Source: Phoronis australis (Eukaryota; Animalia; Phoronida). From it: DNA of 64,000 nucleotides. Both the position numbers and the translations under genes were made by a program. This document shows positions 1 to 12,500 of the stretch, in pieces. Position 1 is the first letter of the stretch. The number at the start of each line of letters is the position of its first letter. The notes below the pieces were generated by a model. The model searched no databases. It saw only the letters and a program-made list of their open reading frames with translations, and was not told the DNA's origin. The stretch is taken from the NCBI GenBank assembly GCA_002633005.1, contig NMRA01000025.1:255846-319845 (forward strand). The letters run 5' to 3'.

Positions 1-2876
1 GGTTCGTGCCCATTGCACAAAACACCTGATTTAGCCACACTGCATGTATAAGCACACATATTCTCACCTGTTTTAGGGTGTACATTTGAAGTTTGGTATA
101 AACAAAGGTTGTAATTTTCATTTTGGAGGGAACAAATAAAGTGGCAATTTTCGAGGTCAACAGCAGCCCCTGCTCAAATACACCGGTGGAGTAGCCCCCT
201 CTCCCCACATGGGACCCCTCATTACATGGGTGCCCAAAGGTCTAGTGATACTTGATCCACAATCGGTAGCCAGTATAGTTATCTCAGACTGAGTTTTTCG
301 TAGGTGCTGTGTTTGGATTATCTATGCACTTCTTTCATTATTAATTATTGTCAATCTAACAAGCCCCCCCCCTGCATTTTGAGAACCAGCTTTATTCACT
401 GAATAAAGGGGCATCAAACTGGTTCTCAAAATCCACGATCCCTTTAAATGACTTGCCAATTATTGATTGGTGTAATACCTCCAAGCACTGTATAAACATG
501 TGTATTGTTATAGGAACAGTGATCACATTTAAAACTCACGAATGCTCACAATTTCACCCTTGGTCTAATAACATGCCCACTCCACAAGATGCACTTTCTT
601 CTATTCTATTTCAAGTTTCATTGACCTTTTTAATTTTCTTCATCTAGTTTATGTTCTGTTTGTAACCAAATGTAATGTGCACACTTTACAGCATCACAGA
701 AAATGTGGGGATCAATACAATAAAATAATATAAAGAAAATGAAATACAACAGAAAGCCAACAAAGTTTGAATTCTACAATGAAACTTGGATTTTTTTGTT
801 TTTGCTTGAATGTGTCAGCTGCTTGTTGCAAAACACATTAAAGCTTTTTACATATCAATTTTCAAATTACCAAATTTTTAACTGCAGCAACCAATGCACC
901 AAATGTAACCAGGTGACTGATGTACAATTTAAAACAGTCAACAAATGAGATCTAATTGAAAACATTAAATTATCAGTCGAGCAGATAAACTCCTCCACAC
1001 ATCCTCTTTATTTTTCTCTCCTGATTTGCAGGTGTCATTTTACAAGGAAAACACATGTCTTTCAATTAAGCAGATAATTGCTCATCACGTTTGTTAAATG
1101 ATTTAGATAAAACTACTTAGGAACCATGCATACACAAGGTGGTTAAAAGTTAAGTGTGCAATCAGTTACAAACAGGTAATAACTTGACAGGTGATGTTTG
1201 AAAGAATACATTTCCATTCGTTTGTACAGATGTCACTTAAAATGCTAGTGTTTAGACGAAGGTAGTGTGGGTGTGAAATTTCTTCAAAAATTCTGCCCAG
1301 CCAGTCACTGGGTTACATAAAACCTTTCCCAGACTCTCCCAATTGCTACCCCTATTACCTTGGCTAGGAATTTGGTATTCCGCCTGCCAATCAGCTGTTA
1401 CTGGAGTGTGTAACACAACTCAAGGACACACCTTCCCAAGTTTTACCACAACAAATTGATACAATTGATTTCTAAATATTAAAACATTGGACTTGTTCAT
1501 GTCAAGCTTTTGAAGAACCATCAAGTGAATATGCATGCAATGAAATTATTAAACAAATCTATTTCCAGAGCAGATGTCAACTAGAACTAAAAAGCTAGTT
1601 CGGTAGCAAACTCCCTACTCACCCTGTATTGACACGGTTAATGACCTTAAACACTTTCTTGTTAGAGAAAATTAGTTCAATTTATCCCAACATTTTCTTG
1701 AATCACAGAACCTGCACAAGTCACGCAGCCTATTCTTACCTTCCCAGGTCAAAGTGAGCCTAGCAGGATTCAAATTGCCAACATGGAATTATAACAGTGC
1801 TAATTTCAGTGGGAAATGAAAGCCGGCATCCTGTCTCCACTTTGTCACAGCGAATTAGAGTCTGAGAACCAAATGGGTAGAAAAATATCACCAGGGGGCA
1901 TGGCCAACCAACTGCCCTGTGATTAGGAAATCTTACGCCTAATTTGACATGGCATGGGGCACAATGCTGCCTCTGACTGAGAGTTGAGGGGTATTATTAT
2001 TTATGCATTTGTGTGTAATAGACTTTTATAGCTGGATTTATGGCATGACCAGGCTGAGGGATGCAGCCAAAAACGAGAATATGATGACACATTTATGGAC
2101 TCTGGCCAATTTTATATTTATGACAGTTGATTTTTGGGTAGAAATTATCAGTCAAATACAATGAAAATAAAAAACTTTGTTGGAAACTGACTTTAGCAAA
2201 AAAGGAACAAAGAATAATATTAATTCAGCTTCTCGAGTGTCATGAAATTATCACCCAAGGAATTATTTTTCACATTTTTTACAAAAAAATATAATTCAAC
2301 AGCCCTCATATGAAAGTATTGTAGGAGACTGGGTTTGAAAATCTTTATTTGTGAACTGATGGGGCTAACCTCATTGTAAATATTACATTATTACATAAAT
2401 AAATGATAAATAAATAAAATTAAGAACACAATTAGTTAGGTGTTCTAATAAAAAGTCAAAATCACTGAATGTGCATACCAGTCACGTTATTGATAGTTGT
2501 TCTGCAAAGAATGTAGCTTTCAGGTTTTCTAAATTTTACTATAAACACATGATCACGTGACCTGATTTACAGCAAATAGGTGAAAAGTGAAAAGTCTAAT
2601 TCTGCACTCCTTGTAGTTTCAGCATACACATATATTATACTTTCACACTGAGTAAAATCTAAATAGTTTTGTAGATATTTGGATAAATACACAGACTTGC
2701 TTATGAAGTCCTACATACTCTTAACACAATTAAAAACTGTATAAAGTGGTAATATCTTTTAAGACCAAAGTTATACTGCATTTTAATTTGTAACAACAGC
2801 ACTTCAAAACGAACAGTTTATCTCAGGGAAAGTGACAAAAGTCAAATAGTCTTGAAAACTCACCAATTGAAAACTG

Positions 2877-3764
2877 AAGACTGCAGTGAGAAATTCTGAC
2901 TTTTATTGAGATGTCACAAGCAGTAGATTGAATGTAAGAGAGAAAACAACATGACATTTCACCAACCATCCAACTGATAGATGTCAAAACATAGGGATAA
3001 AACATAACAATATGCCATTGGCTAAAATTAACCTTTGACCTTTCTAGCAGCAACGGGGAAAGTGGAGAAGGGCTATGTGCACTCATCAGGATGACAATGA
3101 ACAAAGTTGACAAAGTATGCACGCACCCAGTCTAACAAGAGCAACGCGGAGCGTTGAAATGCGCCCACAATTGCACCGCATACGGTATCCTTCTAGGGTT
3201 GTTTATTGGTACCATAAAGTGGCCAGTAGAGGGCATACTTTGCAAAATGGAAAGGCATGGTCTTTGTCTCCTCAATAGGCTAGGGGCAAAATGTGAGTAA
3301 TCTTCATAATACAAGCACATCCTATACACCAGTTGCTTAAAGCACCACAGAAACATAGAATTAAAAACAAATTTACCAACATACGAGATTAGCACAGCAT
3401 TAGAATGCCAGAAACAAATTTCTACTTGGAACTTTTCCTTCATAGTCACGAAGTAACACAAAGTATACACCTGAAGACCTATGAAAATACAGAGGTCAAT
3501 GTAAAATANAAGACTGCAGTGAGAAATTCTGACTTTTATTGAGATGTCACAAGCAGTAGATTGAAAGTAAGAGAGAAAACAACATGACATTTCACCAACC
3601 ATCCAACTGATAGATGTCAAAACATAGGGATAAAACATAACAATATGCCATTGGCTAAAATTAACCTTTGACCTTTCTAGCAGCAACGGGGAAAGTGGAG
3701 AAGGGCTCTGTGCACTCATCAGGATGACAATGAACAAAGTTGACGAAGTATGCACGCACCCAGT
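2877..3764 (+). repeat. About 255-bp near-identical direct duplication (2877-3131 and 3510-3764), probably uncollapsed haplotypes
   Basis: Few substitutions between the copies; the second copy starts right after a 1-bp N. Confidence 0.75.
3134..3508 (-). mobile_element. Partial second copy (3' end) of the same HINE-like element
   Basis: Near-identical to about 19744-20132; ends at the single N at 3509. Confidence 0.8.
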
Positions 3765-3962
3765 TTAAAAATAGGGGTGCTTGAATTTTTGAGAATTTGG
3801 ACCTTTTGCTAAGAAAAATGGGAACGCGTGAATTATGCATTCGTCGAATTTTGGTAGTTACTGTCTTTTTAGTGGACTTTTGTCTCGTTATCTACCTTTT
3901 TGGACTTTTTGTTTCTCTAAGGCGGACCTTTTTGGCCACTTCGCCAAATGGGTGCGCACATG
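3749..3962. mobile_element. MITE, CATGCGCGCACCCAG-TIR family (5-bp TSD)
   Basis: tatgcacgcacccag...tgggtgcgcacatg; right flank CAAAG, left flank CGAAG (CAAAG in the duplicate at 3111); internal similarity to the 47088 copy. Confidence 0.65.
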
Positions 3963-6135
3963 CAAAGTTACTACTTGTCCTTAATTTCAGTTTTCATCAA
4001 GGATTTACCTTTGACAGAATTCAGGATGCACGTTTTACGCACTGTGAACCAAACCTTCATTAGAACATTGATGAATTTTTTGAAAATATGTCATAGGTAC
4101 CATTAACAGCGATTTGTAACTTCAGATCAAATTGCACACAGTTTGCAATACCTCTTATTTCGTGGTGATTTGTGACAACTGAGCAAAGCTACTGGGAGTT
4201 CCAGATGCATGACTTTTTAACTTTGAAATTAGGATCTTTAGTTAGCACCCATGCATACAAGATAACAACACAAACACAGGCCTGATGAACAAGTAATTTG
4301 ATTTCATATTGCTTTATAAATACATCCTGATTGGGTGATGGAGATGCCAAGATTAATATGTCATTCATCGTGACAGCTATTTCCTGGTGTACTTATAATT
4401 GTGAAGTAGATTTCCCATAATTTAGTCATTAAAATAACTATTCAAAATTAATTGACACCACAGAGGACATGTTATGACCAGAGTAGGTGAAGTGCATTCT
4501 ATACCCCATTGGTAGAACACTATACCCCATTGGTAGAACACATGTTTGCCAACTCAAGCTTCAAGAACAAATATGAATATATGAAATGGAATGACAAGTT
4601 CAATTGTCCCATTGTTTCAACATGTTTCAAAATTGCATTGTATCTGAGTAATGTCATTGAAATAAGTGCAAAGCTCTTTCCGGGTTGTCCTCATCCCAAA
4701 CTACCCTCTTAAATCAAAAGTTTAAAATCTCAAATACTGCATAATTGTAAGATAGCAACCAGAATCAACAGACACCATTGCAACTCAGCAGTTGGTCTAT
4801 GACTTTAGGTCTCTGGAGTTCCCAAAGTTTTATAGTCCTGACAGTGTTTAGTTGGAAGGTTTGTCAGTCCCTGACTAACTTGTTGACTTTTTGGAATATG
4901 AACCAGTCCTTCATCATGAAACATACAGATTTTCCCAAGTGTGCTACAGAAGGAAGAAGCCCGGCACACTAGACTCAGAGCGATAATGAAGTGAGCCACT
5001 GTTATTGTGTCATTGCAAAGTTTACTCTTAAAATTCCTCATAAAAGACAGGCAATTTTGAAAACTCAACAGAATCAGCTGAAATTTGTTCATTATTGCAA
5101 TATCTCACACACAGTTTATACTGAGATTCGTTCAAAAATTGTGTCAGGTGTCATATGTCTTAACCACTTGCCAAAAACATTTGAAACTTGTCAAATTCAC
5201 AAAACATTCAACTTACCAAGTGACTTCTTCTGAACAGTTGATTAGTACAGCTGACTGGTCTGCCGGCAGTGCAACGTACGTGCCCTATGCGAACACAGGC
5301 AAAACCAGATGAGGAACTTACAAGATTAATGTTTTGTGGTGGAGTCCAGAAATGACACTGACAGTCCAGGTGTGTTCATATGACACAGTGATGTCTCATT
5401 AATCAGGATGCGATCAGATATGGTTCTGCTAGTTTACCACCTTTTATGCAAATCGCATTGATCTCACGACCTACTTTGCCTGTAAAAAGCTATTCCAATC
5501 TCAGAGTACTGTGGTAGTCAAAATGTAACACACGAGGTCTCAGTTTCCTTCAGCTAAAACATCCGAAATTTCTCTTCTCAAATACTTCACACAGTTCAAT
5601 GGATCAAAACACTCAGGACAAATCACATGACAACCATCTCTCTTCTCAGAATCCGATTGCCTTGATTGCCTTAGCTACAGCCTCCACAGAATATGGTTCC
5701 ACTTGTTCAGCCTGACTAATACAGTCTCCAAAGGTAGGAAGAAAAATAAACAGTGCATTATTTGCCAATTTACTTAACCCTAATTTAAAACCCAACAAAG
5801 CACCACACAGGTGAAAGCCCCAATACACATTCATACACAAACCTAGTGGAGTATGAAAACACTCAGACTGACAGGCTTTCTTTGAGTATTAACTCACACA
5901 AAAGATGAGACATTGAAATTCTTCACATACCCTCAGTTTACAGCTTGGAGTCAGTTAGGTGTGTAGAGTGTATTTTATGCACCATTAGCTTTCCTATATT
6001 TATATCTATTACTTTGATAAAATGACAAGTATGTAATACAGCAACAGAGATGGTCAAAGTATGTTGTAATAGAAGCACCTATAAAAGTGAGACCCCACTT
6101 GAGATATACTGTACAAGTCATAGATGAGACTCTAA

Positions 6136-6562
6136 AGAGCCCTCCACACACAGACTTACCCTAGAACAAGATACCCCTGGAACGAGTTCTCGCTAAATTT
6201 GGAGGGAATGTGGACGTTATTTAAATTAGCGCAACTTACCCCACTTGTGACAACTTACTCCACATTATTGAGGTAGGGTAACTTGTTCTAGGGCAACCTG
6301 CGCCACTTATAATTGCTGTGTGGCAGCAAAAGTGGGGTAGGACGGAGGTAATGATTAGCTGCGGTTACATACACACCGGTTTTCTCTTGCGCACCATGTT
6401 AGCATCATATAGGTGTTCAGTGTCACACATAGAGCGCCAACATCAGCCTTACCCCAGTTATTGAATATGTGTGTGTGTGTGTGATTGGAGGCTCCACTCA
6501 AAAGTGGGGTAAGTTCCACTAATGCAAGTTGTTCTAGGGTCGGGCTGTATGTGGACTGGACT
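6136..6562. mobile_element. PIF/Harbinger-like MITE
   Basis: TIR core TCCACACACAG..ACCCTAGAACAA / TTGTTCTAGGGT..CTGTATGTGGA; flanks TAA/TAT; homologous to 9157-9522. Confidence 0.7.
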
Positions 6563-6579
6563 TATGTAAGCCACCATGG

Positions 6580-6858
6580 GTTGTGTTCCATGAAAAGTGA
6601 CTTAAGATTTAAGTAGAAAATTTGGTATGATGCTCCACATAATTATACCCGCAAAAATAATTTAATCTCACTTGAGAAAAAGTGCAGGCTTTGAGAGTAT
6701 ACATATATCTCTTATTTCTGAGATAATTTGTATAAATTATTGTTAGATTGTGGTGAGATCATAATTGCTGGGGCAAAACATTTTCTGCATTTGTAAAGTG
6801 GGGATGTATGACCCAATTTGTATGACCCAATTTCTGTTTAAGTCATCGGTCACTTTTA
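6580..6858. repeat. Older TIR element (ATGAAAAGTGACTTA end); relatives at about 9020-9647 and 37310-37338
   Basis: Shared terminal motif and alignable interior. Confidence 0.55.
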
Positions 6859-9156
6859 AGCAACAGTCATCTTCTCTTACCTTTTTACAGGAAATACACT
6901 CCAGTCTGATGTCAGAATATAGTTTTCTGAAATCGCTAGTTGGCACGTTTTTATTTCCATGAAAAATACTGATGTTTGCAACATGTCAGGAAAACTGTTG
7001 ACATTAATTTTGCATTAAAATATCAATGGTGTGCACCAAAACAAAATCAACAGGAATAATTGCACTGCTGCAGAATTGGATAACAGCTTGGCACTGTGTT
7101 GTCAATTCCCATGTCCTACATTAACACTCCTCTTCAGCAAAGAGAAGTAAAGAAATATATTGCGTGATTGACTTAGGTTGGGAACTTAAAGATAGCTGAG
7201 GCTGCAATCTTGCACCTCTGAGCCAGGTCTGACAAGTGCAGGTCGATTTATCACGCCAAACTCAACTTTTCAATTTTTTTCTGTCTGCCTTGCAACTTGA
7301 GGTGTACCAGTAAAACTTTATTAGCATCCGAATGGCGACTGACAAACTAATTTTAATGCATAATAGTGATCAGCATAGCAGCACTAAACAATAGTGTGGT
7401 AAGCCAGCCTACAGATGTGTAGCATTGTGGATAAATACACCAGAATCAGAGGGTGCTGTGGTAATTACGGGAACAGGTCATTTGTTACGGCACCAGAATA
7501 TCTAGTTTAAGTTGCTCTTAAAGCTGCATTTCAGCCTGTTTTGATAGCTAACCCACGGGAAACTAGGGCGCAAGCTCGTTGCACAGATATCGGTAGATAG
7601 GCGTATCTTTTGTTCACTTTCTTTTTCTTTCTTATAATAAGGATAATGGTAAGCATTTATCGGTAACTGGCTGATGGGCGCCCAAGATACGATATCCGTT
7701 CAACCTGTATCATTATATCCAACAAAGATGAAAGAAAGGAAAACAATGGTAGCCTCCCATGGGCGATAACCATGCGACGCTCTTACGCGTGTTTCATGGA
7801 TCTCGCAAGTTAAACAATAGCTTGCAAAATCCATACGACACCATTGGGCAACAAAAACGTAATGGGCCATTTACTGTCATAAAATCACCAGTCACTCAAG
7901 AAAATATTTGAGCTTATTGGGGTTGACCAACACCCAAATTGCAAATTTGAAAATGGTGCACGAAGACATTGCTTTTGACTTGTGGTCATAATGGAAATGG
8001 AATCCTATCATGATAATGAATGTTATAAAACCGATGAGAGTAAATGACTTGATTCAATTTTTGTTTTAGCCAGTTATCTAACAGAATGAAATGAAGCTAT
8101 AGGCTACCTTTAATTTAGACCACTTACCTTACGAAATTGGTTTCATTTTGTTCCTTACTTGAATTAGAAGTGATTTTTGCGCGTCTGTTACTGGTTCAGA
8201 CCACCCTCAGCAGCACCATTTGCAATGTTTGAAGTTCTGAACTATGAACTTCCATGACCACATTTCACTTCTCATGTATGTAAGGCACATGTTGAAATCA
8301 AATTTAAGTGTTAGGTGGTCAAAATTAAAAGTTTGTAATTAACTTTTGATTTGGTCTGAACTGTTCCTAACTCAGGTAAGAGAGTTCTTGTGAGAAGAAC
8401 GAAAGTTAGTTCTTAGTGCTTCAGATACCAAGGGTGCATTCTGTAGATACGTGAAACTTGCAAAAATGCAAAATCACGCAAGACCACAGAAAATCCTTAT
8501 AGCGCAAGCGGAGTGTTAAACGTGTATACTCGAGACCTTGCCCGCACAATATGGCGTTCATTGAAATGACTGGTTTACGAAGTTGTAATGATGAATTCTG
8601 GGATAGAATTTGTCGTTTCCTTTCTATAAGCGAAGATTTCTCACTTTAAGTGCTTTCTAACGGAATGCACACAGAGTGAAGAAGCTAGCTTTAAACAACT
8701 AATCATTTTATAGGACAAGCACAGTATCCAACAGTATTGCCAATAATTTGAAAGCCAATAAATCCCTTTTCATCGAAACATGCCAACACCAGATTGTAGA
8801 ACAGAATATTGGTCTCAATCGAAGCTTATTGTTTTTGACAAAAGGTGTGCTCATCAAATATGTTCAAGACTAAAGCAGCATTAATCTTTCCTTCTATCAC
8901 AAAAAATTGATTCAGACCAATTGCCATAGTGAAATTGGTCTCGAATGTTTTCTAAATCAAACTGGAAATGACTTCAAGACTTTGAACGAACTGCAAGTTT
9001 ATTATTGCTCCAGATGAGAGGTCTGTTTTATGAAAGTGACTTAGACTTAAGACAGAAATTTCGTCTAGCGCTCAACGTAACTATGTCTGAAAAATATCTG
9101 AAACTAACTTTAGAAAAGAATAAAGTATCTGAGAATATGCCCATTACTGTTACTTG

Positions 9157-9522
9157 AGTCCCATCCACACACAGCCTACCCTAGAACAATTTCCACTAGT
9201 GCAACTTACCCCACTTTTTAAGTGGACCGTCCAAACCCACATATTCGATAACTAGGGTTAAAGGTGCAACTTGTCGCTCTGTGGTGACAATGAACACCTA
9301 ATGCGAGTACAGCACGCAAAAGAAATCCCCATATGTATATAACCGCAGCCGATAATCACTTTCGCCTTGCCCCAGGTTTGCCATCACCCAGGCGCAAGTT
9401 ACCCTACCTCGATAAGGTAGAGTAAGTTGCACTAGTTTAAATAGCGTCTACACAGACTGCAAAAGCAACAACTTGTTCCAGGAGTAACTTGTTCTAGGGT
9501 AAGTCTGTGGGTGGACAGCACT
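9157..9522. mobile_element. PIF/Harbinger-like MITE, inverted relative of the 6136 copy, TSD TTG
   Basis: About 33-bp imperfect TIRs; 3-bp TSD TTG at 9154-9156 and 9523-9525. Confidence 0.75.
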
Positions 9523-12500
9523 TTGCTGAGAAAATTTGTACAAGTTATTTTCAGGTAGTGACATGACTAAGCCTTTATTTGACAACTATGAAGTGGGACT
9601 GTCTGACCAAATTTCTGTCTTTTAAGATTTAAAAGTCTTAAGCCACTCCAGGCTCAACAAGATGGCTCACCAAGATGGCTCATCATGACATGTCATTTTC
9701 AACTCTAAGCACGGTCTAACCATCAGTTCTTTGCAAACCCAGACATTACTTCCTATATGAGCTATCTGAGCTAACCAATCAGCTAAGACCAACTTTTGCG
9801 CTAAGTGGTCTCAATCAAAAGCTCCCTTCTTGCACAGAATGTTGGTTTATACCCACTTTGTGTTGTCATATGAAGGGAGCATTAGTCACCAAAACATAAA
9901 ACATTTTTATTTTCTCAGACAATTCAAAGAATGTAAGAACACAGATTGTATAAAAACATGGCCCGACCTTCCAAATTACATTTCCATCAAATTGTCAGTT
10001 GCAGTTAGTTCTTAATTTGCACATCAACAATGCATTAGACAATTGTCAATAATTTAAATGATCGTTGAGTAGCGCTGAATTGCCAAAGATTAGTCATTCG
10101 TTAAGGCATCTAACTTTTCAATATGTATAATTTACTGAGAGCAAAGCCACTACTGAACATTGATTACAAAATGCAGTGATTAGTAATTACATTCTTACTG
10201 ACTAACGATCATAATCAATATAAACAAAATGCCATTTGGAGTCCGCTGACTAGGAACACAACTCGGACAAGAAACTGGGTGAAGTAAACGGCAAGACAAT
10301 TTAAACGCAGCGCAAAATTCAAATTCAACATGAAGCCAACTCATTGTCATTGAGAGCATCTCAGAACATTCTGGGTGACAGTATATTAGTTTTTAAAATT
10401 CATCAACTGCATTTCTATGACAAACGGAGATGTACAAGGAGAACACAATGTTATGGGTGACAATGAATACTATTTTGTTTAATCTACTGTTACAAAAATG
10501 ATCAATGTTCAGCAGTTGACAAGTGAAAAGAGCATTTGTGCAGGCATTGCCAACTAATAACGAGAAAGAAAGGTCACAAAGCAATCACAATCCAATTTTG
10601 TGTCAATTTTACCGCGATAATGGTGAGGACGTTTAAAAACAAGAATTTACAAAATTAATCATGTGAATTCATGACAGATGACAACGGATATATCCTATCC
10701 ATATAACATTATTCATTTTTAATCCAGCAGTTACAAGAGAAGTCTGTACCAGGACAAGTGGCACGTTACTGTTATGCATTAATGCAGCCATCTGTCATGA
10801 CTGGCTCCAAGCCCAGGCTCAGTGCTTGCAAGTGTAATGACTGCTAGGTGAATGATCATCAATCAGTTACAGTAAGGACTAATAGAGTAATGAAATAGTT
10901 AAAAACATATTCAATTTCATACAAAATGAAATTCAACTTTTCAGTGGATGACTCCAGATGTTACCACTGCTCAAAATTTCAGTACCCTAGGCTGTTTCAT
11001 ATCAGGATGCTACACTCAGTAAACAAAAGGAAAATTTCTTGAGTATGTTGAAGTTAAAAAATTTGACAAAATTAAAATTAATTCACTAGTCACATTGCAT
11101 AAAAATGACACAAATGTGTAAAATAGCACAAACACTTTCAGTCTATAAACTTTCAACCCTTACAGCACTGTTGTCATTCAGACACATCCCGGACCCCATA
11201 TTCCCAGCCCAGTTTCCGAAGCCTTGCCCACTGTTTGCCAGTAACCCTCATTTCCAATCTTAATGGTCATTCCACTCAATATTTCAGAGTCTGATGTTCT
11301 CCCAACCTGATGCTAAAGTTGAAGACAAATTGAGTGAGCATTGTTAAATAGTGACATGTAGTATGATCTACCTAATTATATGGATCCACGTGACACAGGC
11401 TGTTGATGAAATTTCTACCAAATGTGTGGGTTTTTAAACCTAGAAATTAGCATTTTGGAATGGCATTTTTCAAGAAAAAATTATTGTATCACAGGTATTT
11501 ATTGGTTTTAACTAAAGAACAAAGTCACCCTGAAAAACTGACAAAGATCTAGTAACAAAAATAATTCACAAATTACCAGGCATGTTTGCAGACAAGCCCA
11601 CAGCATATATTCCGTCGAAGGCACTTTCAATAGTCGGTAAAAGTCAAATATATACCCAGGCATGTATTCGGCAGAGTTGAAAACCTACTGGGTGTATCAA
11701 TAACTTGTAGCTGATGCTTTAAGTTGTGCAGGACCTTTATCAACTTGTCAGTATATTTAGCCAAAAATCTACAAAACTATAATAGATTTTAACTCAGTAA
11801 AAGTATATATTCTCTGAAAGTAGAAAGCCTGTAAAATGTGATATTTGACTTCATACCAATATGACATTAATTGGTTCACAAAACCTTTTTTATAAAAGTT
11901 AGCAAAAAAGAAAGGTACATCCATACCGAAACAAAGGTAACGTTAACATTACCAAATTTCGTTTCACATCAATATTCAAGATGATATCATAAAAACGGTG
12001 TTACAGTTTTCTAAAGTAGTTCATTTTTGTTTTATGCAACTTTTTTTCATAAAATCGTAAAAGCCATATTTATAGCCCCTCATGCAAAAGTGGAAATTTT
12101 TAAAAACAATTCGTAATAGCATTTTGAAGAACAGTTCACAGAACACAGTATCTGATGTTCCAAATTTTGCCAAACTTGGCGGCCATTTTTCGAGGGTCCT
12201 GCATAGCCTTAAATGAAAAATTCCGAGAATATTCTCAATAAAAGACAAAAATATGAACGATATGATTAATCAAACATCGTATTAAAGGGCAGTCAAAATT
12301 TCCTTTTTGGGTCCTATTTCCTGTGTCCAGTCATCCACATTTCCTCAAATATGCACCATGAGGGCACTTTCCTTAGCAAAAAGAAATCATATTAAGTGAA
12401 AAATTGCACAATAGTTGATGAGCAGTGACCAGTCTCTATGTTAGTGCTGCCACCTGGGGGCAAATTTTATTAAATTTGTCTTCTTGAAAGTTGATAACTT

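Noticed and set aside
2823-3755. Paired similar ORFs (MHTLSTLF.../MHTSSTLF...) as a duplicated small gene
   Set aside because: Produced by the probable haplotype duplication plus repeat sequence; no recognisable motifs
11380-12340. Possible TIR element (TGGAT...GACACAGG ends)
   Set aside because: TIR too degenerate and no TSD; cannot be classified
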